From positions 1 to 61,909 of the forward strand of contig JNEM01007302.1 in the NCBI GenBank assembly GCA_000697335.1: a DNA stretch of 61,909 nucleotides. Direction: 5' to 3'. This DNA comes from Conidiobolus incongruus B7586. Its lineage: Eukaryota. A model generated the notes under the pieces. The model did not search any database and was not told where the DNA came from. It saw only the letters and a list, made by a program, of their open reading frames with translations. Position 1 is the stretch's first letter, and each line of letters opens with the position of its first letter. The translations under genes and the position numbers were made by a program. Below, piece after piece: positions 12,936-26,426 of the stretch.

Positions 12936-15088
12936 ATGACAGTGTTTGCAAAACAAGTCACCAAACCTTTTAATGATGACGAAACTACAACTTATCATAA
13001 TATTAATTATTTGAATAAATTAGTTGGGTGGCCTGGCGATGCTTCAAAGATTGTGTCTGAATTGTTTGGACAAGGTAAACTATCAATGTATTAATTTATT
13101 TTGGTTGTTGAAAATGGTTCAATAATTTAGTCATCAAAGAAAATTCAAATAGTCCTTATTTAGGATATCGTCGAAGTGACCCTGTTACTGGAACTTTGGA
13201 AAATTTTGAATTTAAAGCATATGACAAAGTATATTCCCAAGTGAAGAAAATAGCCTTTAGAATATATCATATTGTATATAATGGTAATTTATTCTGTAAT
13301 AAAATCGCTCCGATTGTAATATTTTCAATGAATCGCCCGAGTAGTGGATGTTGGATTTGGCTTGCATTTACCATAATTTACCTATAGTGAGATTATATGA
13401 TACTTTTAGTCCCGAGAATGTGACCAATATCTTGAATCATTGCGAGTTACCTGTCATCGCCATATTTATTGATAAAGCTGCTTTACTACTATCTGTCACT
13501 GATAATTTGGAACATCTCAAAGTGATCCTCAGTTTTGACTCTCTTACAGAATTAAATCAGTCCAACATTGCTGTTTAAGCACTCACCAAATGGGATGAGG
13601 TTCGAGTTAAATTTCAGCTTTTAAATTTTTCGCTTTGGGTATTGAGCATAACTATCCCCATCATTTACCCACGCATTATGATATGGGGACGATATATTAT
13701 ACTTCAGGCACTACGGAACACCCAAAGGTGCAATGTTGAATCATTACGGTTTATTATTAGTCGCTTTTGCCTCTGGTCAGATCGCCAACACTTTAAAAGG
13801 CGAGGAAAGAATCTCCATATCTTATATGCCATTCTCTGACTGCTACGAGTGCGCGTGCCAATATAAAACAATGATAGCAGGTGGCAGAATGGGCTTCTAT
13901 TCCTGTGACATATCGAAATTGATGGAGATATCTAATTATTAAAACCAATCACATTCTTGACAGTACTAAGAGTGTTAAATAGGATCTACGACAGAATTCG
14001 AGAAAAGATAGCCTATCAGAAAGGTTTGGCTAACACTTTGTCCACAATGGGGTTGAATGCCAAACTTCAAGCTTACAGACGAACCAGTAAGGTTACTCAT
14101 TTAATTTGGGATCGTTCTGTATTCAATAAAGTACGTCAAATTATCCTGGAACGCGTCTGCACCATACTATGCGGGAGCGCACCTCTCCAAAGCCATGTGC
14201 TCCACCTTATAAGATTGACAATGTCTTGTGACGTTAAGGAAGGCTACATTGCTACTAAAACCTCTACAGGTATCAACGTAGCTCCTGCTGGAGATGATCG
14301 CGCGGCCATGTGGGTGCACCGATACTTAGCTCCAAGATCAAGTTAGCGAGTGTACCGGAAATGAATTATTTCATCACGGATAAGCCTTACCCCATGGGTG
14401 ATATCCTAGTTATGGGAAAGCAGATCCTCAAATGATACTGCAAAATGCCAGAGTAAACATTACAGGCCTTTGATTCAGAATGATTTTTGAAGACTGAGGA
14501 TACTAGGTATATCAACGACGAAGGGTTAATAATTATTGCAGATCGTAAATCGAGTTTCATCAAATTTAGTAAAAGTGAATATGTCACTCCTGAGAGGTTT
14601 GCGCATGTTTTAAGGCAGCATCTAATTGTTCAAATGGTATTGTTAACGGGACTTTGAACGGAGAGTTCTACGGTCGTCATAATTGTACCTGATCTCGAAA
14701 CAATCCAACAATGGTATCAACAAAAGTTCTTAACTAGAAAATTTAAATCCTTAGTATCGTTATGCTGCGATGAACAAGTGCAAACTATTCTCTTGAAAGA
14801 ACTTCAAGAGTTATGTACTAATGCAAAAATTACTAAGTAAATCAATTGTAGTACTTTATAACCCTTATACATTGCTAAACTTATAATAGATTTGAAATTC
14901 CATCAAATCTCTTCGAACCTGAACATTTTTGCGTCGACGAGAGATTATTGAAATCAACGTATGTATTTTATACCAGCAAGTATATAAATTGTTTATTAAC
15001 TCTGATTTCGATCTGAATTTGTTGTCCCAAATTAAATGAACGCAACAAATTGAACATTCAATGTGTTTATAATACCTCTGGAATATAA
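12936..15088 (+). pseudogene. ACSL pseudogene, copy 3
   Basis: Intact 139-nt exon 1 (MTVFAKQVTKP) and intron 1. Exon 2 is broken into several frames by frameshifts and stops (ORFs at 13196, 13348, 13733, 13957). Last acceptor reads CG instead of AG; exon 3/4 remnants FEIPSN and CPKLNE. Confidence 0.92.
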
Positions 15089-15292
15089 AAATAGATTAAA
15101 TTCAAAAAAATTAATTAAATTATACAAATTATGTAAAATAAAAATATAATAAAACGCTATAAGAATTCATTAATATCAAAATAGGTATCCTATTTGTCTT
15201 TAATCCAAAAATCATATCACTAAATTTATATTGTCCATTAAAAAATAATTAACTATATCATGAAATTTGCGTTGAGTAAAATCGATTTATAG

Positions 15293-15293
<1 letters not shown>

Positions 15294-15329
<36 letters not shown>
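15294..15329. repeat. (TA)18 microsatellite
   Basis: Read directly from the sequence. Confidence 0.95.
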
Positions 15330-15333
<4 letters not shown>

Positions 15334-16224
15334 ATATGTATTATACCAAATTAAATCATATCAAACTATCACATTGCAAACCTTCGCAGCAATATCTTAA
15401 TTTCCTCAATATCATATAGTTCAATTTTGGAATGTTGATTCCAACCATCATTGGTAACTTAAGCTAATATAATGAAATTATCCAAGAACTTAACTAATAT
15501 AGCAATCCTTCAAAATGATATTGATTAACAAGAAAAAATTTGAGATTAAAATAGATTAAAAATTATTCAAGTAGTCAAGTTGATGAAATATTTCATCAAA
15601 TATCATTTTCCTGTAATTCAATCATTATTAGTTACTTAGTGTGAATGATAAATTAACTTTTTTATCAAAACATCATGTTATACTCTCAAATTTATTTCAT
15701 ATTAAAATCTACCAGCAATCCATTGAAATTACCAAACTTCCTAGTATCATATTAGATATCAAAAATATACAATTATCTTAACTGAAGTTCAAATTTTAAC
15801 CATGTGACTGAATTTAATTCAATTACCCAATTTCGGGACTTTTTCCGGTCTCAAGATAATGAAATCAGATTCTGGCATTAACTTAAAGAAAATTATTTCA
15901 AGTGGTTAAATTTTGGACTGTCTTTTGATATTTAGTTAAATTGAATATAAACGAATCAATAACCAGGCAGTTATAGTTTATATATATTTTATATGATTTG
16001 ATTAAATTATTGATAGAAATAGTTTACATAATTTTGGAATTTTAACAAAAAATATTGATGATAACAAAACATATATGTTAACAAAAATAATCCTGGTATA
16101 AAATTCTTTCAATTTCCATCAAGCTTTCAGTTACATTAACCCTAAAAACCATATAAATACTCCATCTATAAATTTTACCACAAGATACAATGTTGAAACA
16201 ATAAAATAATAAAATTAAAAAGAA

Positions 16225-18380
16225 ATGACAATCTTTGCAAAGCAAGTCACACAACCTAGGACCTCCAACGAGACGGGAATTTTTAAAAGTATTGATGAAT
16301 TTGGTAATGTAAGAATTAGTGATAATGAACCAAAGACTGGGCCTGAGGTTTTTGAGAGAGGTAAATAATTATATTCAATGAAATTTTTCAGTACTAATAA
16401 TTGACAAACAATGTAGCTGTTAAAGAATATCCCAACGCCCCTTATCTAGGTCGCCGGGTCAAGGATCCCAATACTGGAAGATTGGGAAATTTCCAGTTTA
16501 AAACCTATAGGGAGTGCATACTGAAATGAATCGAGTGGCTAACGGTATCTACCACCTATTGATGAGTCGTAAACTATTCGGTAGCGAAATCACTCCAATT
16601 GCTATATTCGCCAAAAATTCTCCAGAATGGTGGATGCTGGACTTAGCTTGCGGCTATCATAGTTTACCGTCAATTGGTCTTTACGATACTTTTGGTCCTG
16701 ATAATGTCTTATATATTCTCAATCATTGTGAAGCTCCAATAATTGCTACCACAGTTGACAAGATTCCACTACTGTTGGAGATTAGCGACAAGTTGGAGCA
16801 TTTGAAAGTCATCGTATGTTTAGACTCAATCAAAGGATCCAAAAGTAACAATGTAGGGTCGGTAATTCGCCAATGGAACCAAGCTGTTGGCAAGTTTGAG
16901 TTGTTGGATTGGGATGACTTGGTCAGAATGGGAAGTGAAAATAAATATGATCATCATTTACCAAAGCCTGACGATATACAAACTTTGTGCTATACTTCGG
17001 GAACTACAGGGACTCCCAAAGGTGCGATGTTGAGTCACTATGGTGTGCTGTTAATTGCCATCTCGAGTAATCATCTTCATAGGGAGATGTATGAAGGTGA
17101 GAATATTATGATATCCTACATGCCACTATCCCACTGTTTTGAGCGCACGTGCCAATTCAAGGCTCTATTGCTCGGAGGTCAGGTGGGATTCTACTCTGGT
17201 GATATTTTGTCATTGATGGAGGATATTTAAATATTGAAACCCACAACATTTGTCACGGTGCCGAGATTACTAAACAGGATTTACGATGGGATTAAAACCA
17301 AAGTGGAATTGAATAGAGGACTCGCCAGTACTTTATTCAAAATGGGATTACATGCAAGACAACAGGAGTACCGGATTAGCGGTAAATTAACTCGTCCTAT
17401 TTGGGATCGTTTGGTATTTAATAAGGTGTGTCAAGCCTTAGGAGGTCGTGTACGTGCTATGGTTTGTGGCAGTGCGCCCCTCCAAGGCCATGTCCTTCAC
17501 TTCATCAGACTTGTATTCTGCTGTAGCGTTATCGAGGGCTATGGTGCTACTGAAACTTCGACAGGTATCAGTATCGCGCGTCTGGAAGATTATCGAGCAA
17601 ATCATGTAGGTGCTCCATTCGCAGGTACAGAAGTGAAATTGGTGAGTGTGCCGGAAATGAACCACTTCGTCACCGATAAGCCATACCCAAGGGGTGAGAT
17701 TTTAGTGAGAGGTAAACAGCTCTTCAAGGGGTACTATAAGCAGCCAGACAAGACTGCAGACTCATTCGATGACGAAGGCTTCTTGAAGACTGGAGATATT
17801 GGATACATCAGTGACGAAGGTTTGATCAGTATTGCAGATCGCAAGTCCAGTTTCTTCAAACTTAGTCAAGGTGAATTTATTACACCAGAAAGGGTTGAGC
17901 ATGTTTTAATTCAACATCCTGTGGTGCAGATGGCCTGGTTAACAGAAATTCGTACCGAAAGTTCAACGGTAGCTATTATCGTACTCGATCTAGAGATGTT
18001 TGGACATTGGTTTAGACAGAAATTCCCAGGTCGCAAATTTGAATCTTTAATTATCTCTTCCTCCGATAAGCAGGTGAAACAGGCCTTATTGGAAGAGCTT
18101 CGTGACCTATGTACTAAAGCTAAAATTGCCAAGTAATCCAACATTTACTACTTTATAATCCTGTACTAATTCCAAATTTTAGATTTGAAATTCCGTTCAA
18201 TATATATTTAGAGTCTGGACCCTTCTCAATGGAAAAAGGATTGTTGACTCCAACGTAAGTATTATCAATACCCATTATATACTTTTATTAATAGAATTTT
18301 ACAGGTCAAAGATTTGCCGTCCCAAATTAAATGAACATTATCAAGCTATCATTCAAGAACTTTACAAATCTTTCAACTAG
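16225..18380 (+). pseudogene. ACSL copy 4, young pseudogene (one frameshift, one nonsense codon)
   Basis: Exons 16225-16360, 16417-18132, 18183-18254, 18305-18380 with intact splice sites. 1-nt deletion at ~16513 (agg gag tgc at versus expected gag gtg cat). TAA at 17228-17230 where paralogs have Gln (DIQ). Confidence 0.88.
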
Positions 18381-18869
18381 GATTAATTCCCTCATCAATA
18401 TATGATATTTGTTTGAATTGTAAACTTATCAATAAACTACTAAAAATTTTCTAAAAATTTATTATATATCTTTCATTTATAGTATTTGTAAAACTTCAAA
18501 TATTACCAAGATATTGAATATACAATTAAATAATTTGAATAATATTGATAATAGTTTAAAAAAAATAATTAAATGTATAATCTTCAAAATTTAGATCAAA
18601 GAATATTTTTTAAATATAACATAGTAATGTCAAGCTATATCCTCAATTGAAATGGCCTGATAATTAATCGCTTGATCAGTTTTAGCTCTTGGACAATCAA
18701 TCAGCTAAAATATTGTTCAAATACTCAGACATAAATCAAGAATAAATTTAAATAAAACTTTTGTTGAATCAAAAATGTTATAAAATTCAATGATTATTTA
18801 ATAAAAATATATATTAAAATATGATTAAAATCATTTATTTCATAATACAATATTACAATAATAAATTAA

Positions 18870-21057
18870 TTAATTTTAGTGGAATTACTAATATTAGTAT
18901 CGGATCTCTCATATACTCTCAATAATACACTTATAATGTTCATTTAATTTCGGACGACAAATTTTAGATCTAAACCAGAGTTAATAAACAATATATATAC
19001 TTTTTAGTATAAAATACTTACGTTGATGCCAATAATCCTTTATCGATGGAGAAAGGTTCTGGTTCTAAATAGAGATTGGATGGAATTTCAAGCCTAAAAC
19101 TGTAACTAGTATCGCAATAGAAACAAAATGTAAATAATGAAGTACTTAGCAATTTTAGCTCTCATGCACAGTTTTCTAATATCTTCCAACATTGCAGTTT
19201 TAACCTTTTCATTACCACAAGCTTCATGGATTGATTTCAATTCGGAATTTGAAAATTTACGCTTGTATCAATTGCCAAATGTCTCAGTATCGGGTACGAC
19301 AATAGCAACTGTTGAACTTTCCGTCCTAATTCCCGTCAAAAACACCATTTGAATTGCCAAATTCTTTAAAATAACGTTTTCGACGCGTTCGGGGGTGATT
19401 AATTCGCCCTGACCCAGTTTGAAATAGCTGGACTTGCGATCGATAATACTGATGAGGCCCTGGTCGTTGATATAGCAAACATTACCAGCTTTGAAGAAAC
19501 CTTCAGAATCGAACGCTTCCGATGTTTTTTTCAGAATTACGGTAATAGCCTTTAAAGACGTTAGCTCCTCGGACAAGTAATTCACCCCTCAGGCAAGGCT
19601 TGTCAGTAACAAAATAATTCATCCATGGTACACTCACCAATTTCACTTCGTTAAATCCCAAAAGAGCTCGGAAATTATCGTAAGAATTGTTCAAAAGAAG
19701 AGCAATACTGATTAGAGAACTGGTTTCTGAAGATCCATAACCCTAAAATACTGGTACAGAAAATGCAATTCTCAAGAATTTGAGCACTTCTTTAGATAGT
19801 AGAGCGCTACTACTAGCCATGTAGTGGATATTACCGCCCAAAATTTGTCTTAGTTTGGTGAAGATAATGGGATTCCAAATGATGTGGTACCTTTCGCCAG
19901 TCTTATGATAGAGATCAAGCTTGGATTTGTAACCAATTTTGAATAGTGCACCTACTAAGCCTTCGGCGTGGAATATTTTCGATATGATACCATCGTAAAT
20001 CCTGATCAGTGGTTTGAGTACCGAAATGTAAGATGCAGGTTTGAAGAGTTGCGTATCATCTAGGATTTTGATGACGTCGCCATAGAAGAATCCAAAGTGA
20101 CCCCCCTTGGACATGACGCCGTGCTGTGTCATGCGTTCGTAGCAGTGATATAATGGCATGTAACAAATTTGGCTGGGATTCTCTCCAGTTACAGGGCTTA
20201 AATATTTGACACTAATATCATTCACAGTTAAAAATCCTCTGTGGGTTAGCATGAAACCCTTAGGGATTCCCGTCGTGCTCGAAGTATAACAAATAGTCAA
20301 CAAATCGTTAAGGCTTGACAAGTAGTGAGGATAAGTGTTAGAAATGTCTAATGTCAATAATTCGTCAAAATTCAACTATTTAAACCTGCCAACGGACTGA
20401 TTCCAACTGTTGATGACCCAAGAAATGGTGCCAGTCTGGTTGCCATCTCTCAAGGAATCCATACTGATGATTTTGGGATGTCCCAATCTGCTGGCGATCT
20501 GTAAAATAAACTGGATCTTGTTCTTGGAAGTTACTAGAATTGGCATTTTGTATTATTTAAAATATAAACACAAGGTTTTGGTCCAAACGTGTCGAAAAGT
20601 CCTACAGTGACGAAACTGTGGTAACTGCTGGCTAAACCGGTTAGCTACCATTCTTGACGGTTTATACTGAAAATTGTAATAGGTATAAATTCTTCACCAA
20701 TGAGGTTGTTCGTGTGTAATAGATGGTAAAGCCCTGATGCAATTTTTAGAATTCGATCATAAGCTTGACTGTATGTTAAATATTCATAATGTCCAAATGT
20801 CTTAGTCCTTGAATTGTAAACCCTTCTGCCTAAGTACTGATTATCAGCAAACTTCTTAATAGCTATAAACAACAATTAGATTAGTTTCAGTGTTTAGTTC
20901 TCATTACACTATAAAGCACCTTGATGTATTTATTCTGGTACAGTTTTGGGATCACCATCGAGAGTCGTAGCAATCTCTTTAAACAATTTATGTCACCAAA
21001 TATTCTAGTCACATTGTCATTACTAGATTTCGTAACTTGTTTTGCTTAATTTGCTTT
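18870..21057 (-). pseudogene. ACSL pseudogene, copy 5 (closest to copy 1)
   Basis: Start codon lost and in-frame TAA before AKQVT. Fragments YLGRRVYNSRTKTFGHYEYLTYSQ, YTSSTTGIPKG, WNPIIF and DRKSSYFKLGQGE lie in different frames. Exon 3/4 remnants at ~19023-19094 and ~18870-18969. Confidence 0.92.
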
Positions 21058-22099
21058 TCTTTCTATTTCTAATCTTGTGAATTTGATGAACTATTATCAG
21101 TATAATAAGGCTATATCAAGTGTTTTTATAGCCATTGAACCCAAAGTGACCTATATGGTTGATTAATCAAATCATAAAAGATTTTTTGGATGTAAATTAA
21201 CTACAACATGTGCAAATATGACACCTACATTGATGAATTGTAAATTCACTGTTCTATCCAATGACACATACATTCCACTAATTCAAGGTTTGAGGCATCA
21301 TTGTGTGGTTCAACGATAGATTATGACTTACAAAAATTAACTTTTAATCAATATTAGGTGTTGATTTGTAGAGAAATTATGTCAAAATCAAAAACCATAA
21401 CAATTTAAAAATTTATTAATTAATTCCAAATGTAGAGTTGGAAAAAGGGTGATAAATCAAGTTTATAATTAATTTTTTTTTGATTTTTATTCAAATTTTT
21501 AGGGATTATATATTCGCAATAAATTTGAGATTTGGATTATTCTTTCCATATTAAATTTATTCTCAATTGATCTATTCATACTTGGAAATTCATTATCAGT
21601 GGATATTGCAATGGAGTGACTTGGAAATATTTAAAATTATTATAATTTTTCTAATAATTTGAATTTATGATTTATTAACAATACTTTGAATTTCTTCATT
21701 CACCAAAGTTTACCATTACAACAATTTAGTAAAAACCTGATCCTTGATTCAGTATGATATTATTTCAAAATCCCAATTTTTGCAATATATGATTCAACTA
21801 GGTAAATCAATTAATTGGAACTTAGCTAATTATTTGCACAGCTGGTAAATTCAACAAAATGAAACTAAATATCTTTTCATTTTGTTTGACTATAAGTTGA
21901 TTATTAATTGTATTAGGAATTATTTGCTGTCATTATAAGTGTAAATCAATCACTAAGGAATTCTATTTGGAATATTGAGTGAATATAAATTATATCAGAC
22001 TCTCAAGATCATTTGAAATTTCACATTAAATACATATGAAAATCTAATGACTCTTATAAATATGATAATAACTTGAATTAATATTTGATAAGAATTATA

Positions 22100-22335
22100 C
22101 ACTGACCTGCAAAAGTGAGTCATAAAATCAAAAATATATATATTTTAATTAATAACTAAAACAATTGTATATATTAGATTACTTGAAACTATAATATATA
22201 ATTAAGGTATATTATTTAATAATAAATAAATATATTTTAATTATTTAATTTTGGTTTATTTTATTAAATATTAATCAAGTTATTAGTAAAAATATAGGTG
22301 TTTTTGATTTTATAACTCACTTTTGCAGGTTAGTG
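22100..22335. mobile_element. 236-bp Tc1/mariner-type MITE with ~58-bp TIRs and TA target-site duplication
   Basis: TA|CACTGACCTGCAAAAGTGAGTCATAAAATCAAAAA ... TTTTTGATTTTATAACTCACTTTTGCAGGTTAGTG|TA. Same TIR family as the Tc1 ending at 713. Confidence 0.92.
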
Positions 22336-22950
22336 TATATATTATTGGTTGATATACTGTAAATTAGTCACCTTATTTATCATTTATTATTTAATTCATT
22401 TTATTATTACATAATTAATTTTAATATACTTATTCTAATTCTAATTCATATTTTAACTAAGTCCTTTAGATAAAAAGTACAGTTATGTATTTTATATACT
22501 ATTCAGAAAACTAAAACAAATAATATTAATTTAATATCATTAATTTCAGAAATAAATATTTTTATTCATAGCTCTCCTTGAAATTTAATGAATTAAATAC
22601 AAAATTTAGAGATTATATTTAACTATAAAAATCCATTTATATATATGTTTAAAATAGCTACCATTATCAATTAAATAATATGTTGGACATATAAAATTTG
22701 CAATATTTTAATTTTTTATGTATCTTTCTATTTTTATAAATTTAATACTTGATTGATATTTCGAGATAATATCAATCATGTTTAATACATGATTGAATTT
22801 TCAAATTATTCAAAATTGTTTTAGAACTTTATTCAATATAGAGTTAACTTTAAATATATTATTAGGCAATTATATGTAATCAGTTTGATACATCATTTTG
22901 ATTTATAATGCTTATTATAATGAATAAAATTTCCAATTTCATTTAATAAA

Positions 22951-22996
<46 letters not shown>

Positions 22997-22998
22997 TT
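22951..22998. repeat. (AAT)7(ATT)9 self-complementary microsatellite
   Basis: Read directly; the central 42 bp form a perfect palindrome. Confidence 0.9.
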
Positions 22999-24252
22999 AA
23001 AATTTATATATTTTTTGTTTTGATATACTTAAAAACTTTATGAATAAAACGAATTAATAATGAACACCATAATTTATCTACACCAAAATCATTTTATAAA
23101 ATTTTAATTAAAAATATATTTCAATTATTAAGAAACACTTCCCTAGTTGATATAACTTAGAAACTAGTGAACATGAAATTTTATAATAAATTTTTTTATA
23201 CTTTATATTGAGTACATTTACAAAAAAATAAAACTTTTTGTGACAAAACTTTTAATGATATAATTCCATTTATTACAAGAATGTTTTCATATTTAATAAA
23301 TACAATAGTTTGAGGTTTTAATACTCCAAAATATAAAGTGAATTCATTCAAATTACATAATATAAAAATAAGAATTAGATGCAGGATAATAAATAAAACA
23401 TCAATGATTTGTTGTTTATATTAACTATATTATGATACTTTATATATAATTTGATAGATAATAAGATATCTGTCATCAAATCTGATACATATAAACTATT
23501 ATCCTTCATTGAGATTGGGTTAGATTAAATATATTATATATATATATATTTCAAAATCTTTAATATTATAATTTCAATTCCATTTTATTATTATTCTTAT
23601 GTAATTAAAAATCTCTTTTACCAATTAACTGAATCAGACTTTAGTTCTTGAAATCAATACATTTTATGCCAAATTCGAAATTTAATTTCATCTGTAATCT
23701 GAATGATGATAATAAGAATCAATAATATTAGCATTTTGATACTGGGCTATTCTGAAAATCAAATTAAGTTCATTAAATTTTTTAGATTAGAATTGTGACC
23801 AATTCAGGGCTGGGAGCATCCTATATTATCTGTGGTCTAAGTCTTTGACTAACATCTTGAATATACTTAAACTATACCAATATGATAAATCATTAATGTT
23901 TTATTCTATTTAGCTATATTATCCAGCTATATATTGAAAGACATAAAAAAATTAATATTGAAAAACATATTATGTTGATAAAACTGGATTTGATATAAAT
24001 ATTACATTTTTAATAAATTTTCACTTAAGTTCATTGATTTGTAGAATAAAATAATATATAATTTATTTATATATTATCATTATGATAACATTAATATAGA
24101 GAATATTTTATACGTTAACAAAAAAATTATTTTAAATCTATGAGAATAATATTCACAGTTAGAGATAAAAATCAAATTAAACTTTGATTAAATTTTTCCA
24201 ATATTGATGAATTATAATATATTCAAATAATCGGTGTAAATTCTAAAATTAA

Positions 24253-26426
24253 TCAAACTTTAAGATTATACAGATCCTTAATAATAGATTTGTAATGCTC
24301 TTTTAATTTCGGACGACATAATTTAGATCTATGTAGATTATCAATATTAGTTAAAAATATAAATTATATTCATAAGTCTTACGTTGGTGTTAACAATCCG
24401 TCATCAATAGAAAATGGACTATGTTCTAAATGAATGTTGGATGGAATTTCGAATCTAAATTAATTTATAATTAGTATATTGTTGATAGTTTATTAGTATT
24501 TACATATGATTATTACCTTGCAATTTTAGATTCTTGGCACATATTCTGAAGTTCATCCAATAGCTTGAATTTAATTTGATCGGTATTACAAGCTTCCTTC
24601 ACAGTAGTTAATTGGTAATCTTGTATATTAGATTGGATCCAATTTGGAAAAGTTTCGGGATCTGGTACGACAATAACTACTGGTGAGTTTTGAGTAGTTA
24701 ATCCCGTGACAAATGCCAATTGAACAGCTGGATGCCGGGTCAGTACAGCTTCAACACGCTCAGGAGTAACGAATTCGCCTTGACTCAATTTGAAGAAACT
24801 GGACTTGCGATCGATAATACTGAGTAGGCCTTCTTCGTTGATATATCCAATATCACCAGTTTTTAAGAAGCCTTCAGAATCAAAAGTCTCAACTGTCTTT
24901 TCGGGTTCTTTGTAATACCCTGAGAATAAATGTTCTCCTCTCACAAAGATTTCGCCCCTTGGGTAAGGCTTGTCAGTGACCAAATAATTCATTTCTGGGA
25001 CACTGACCAATTTCACTTCTGAAGTGGGATTTGGAGCACCTACATGATTGGAACGATAGTCTTTAAAGGGCGGAAAACTAATGGCTGAAGCCGTTTCAGT
25101 AGTTCCATAGCCCTCTAAAACTTCGCAGCAAAATGCAAGCCTTACGAAATGGAGTATATGACTTTGCAGCGGGGCACTACCACAAAGCATGTAGCGAACC
25201 CTACCACCTAGGATTTGGCGAATCTTATTAAATACTAATCGATCCCAAATTGGATGAGTATATTCACCAGTGTTCTTATACGCTTGTAACTTTGCTTGCA
25301 TTGCAATTTTGAATAGAGTGCTAGTGAATCCTTTTTGGTAGTCTATCTTTGCTTTAATACTGTCGTATATCCTATTCAAAAGTCTAGGAACTGTACAAAA
25401 CGTTGTAGGCTTCAATATCTGAACATCCTCAATGAGTTTTGTAATATCTCCCGAATAGAATCCAACACGACCCTTAAAATTGATGACGCTGTATTGAGTT
25501 ATGCGTTCATAGCAGTGTGATAGTGGCATATATGATATAAATACATTTTCACCGTAGGAAAAAGGCTTTAAAAGCTCGAAATGGGTGTAAGTGGTTAAAA
25601 TTAAGCTGTAATGATTAAGCATTGCACCTTTGGGAGTTCCGGTAGTACCCGAAGTATAACAAATTGTTGCAATATCCTCAGTTTTTGGTAGATGGTGAGG
25701 ATAACTATGTTGTGCACCTAATGCAATCAATTGATCAAAGTCTAGTAGTTGAAATTTTCCTTGAGTTTCATTCCATTTTGTTAGGACTGTAGCAACATTC
25801 ATAGATAGATTCGATTCTTTGAGAGTGTCTAAACAAATAATAACCTTGAGATATTCCAATCTGTCAGCGATCGATATAAGTAATGGAATCTTATCTATTG
25901 AAGTAGCAATAACTGGAGATTCACAATGATTTAGTATATAAACCACACTTTCAGGACCAAAAGTATCGTACAATCCAACAGTAGGTAACCTGTGATAACT
26001 ACAGGCTAAATCTAACATCCACCACTCTGGACGATTTGGAGCAAATATGGATACTGTCGTGAAGTCTTTAAGTAGCTTATTATTTGATAATGTATGATAT
26101 AGTCCAGAAGCTAACTTCATTATTTGATTGTGAACTTCTTTATAAGTTTTAAATTGAAAATCACCTAATTCTCCTGTGATAGGATCTCGTTTTCTCCTTC
26201 CTAAGTAAGGGCTATCAGGACTTTCGTTGACAGCTAATTAATCCAACTCTTTAATACCAAATTACTTAAAAATGATCAAGTCTTTACCTTTTTCAAACAA
26301 TTCGGGTCCCGTTTTAGGAAAATCTTCAGGTAAGCTTAAAACTTTATTGAAATAATTGATATGACGATAAATTCCAGTTTCATTATAGTTACTAGGTGCA
26401 GTTACTTGTTTTGAATATATTTTCAT
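24253..26426 (-). CDS. Long-chain fatty acyl-CoA synthetase, copy 6, intact, ~667 aa
   Basis: Exons 26426-26288, 26233-24517, 24454-24383, 24328-24253. All ANL motifs present. Ends in LYNLKV*. Confidence 0.95.

Noticed and set aside
17228..17230. Stop-codon readthrough or an alternative genetic code (TAA = Gln) rescuing copy 4
   Set aside because: TAA terminates intact genes here (copies 2, 8, 10 and RAB3GAP1), and copy 4 also has a frameshift. A C>T nonsense change is simpler.
24223..24255. Cryptic PTS1 by readthrough in copies 6, 8 and 10
   Set aside because: The readthrough extensions (LILEFTPII, SPLE, FTFYCQ) do not end in a PTS1, and the TGA-CTA context is absent.
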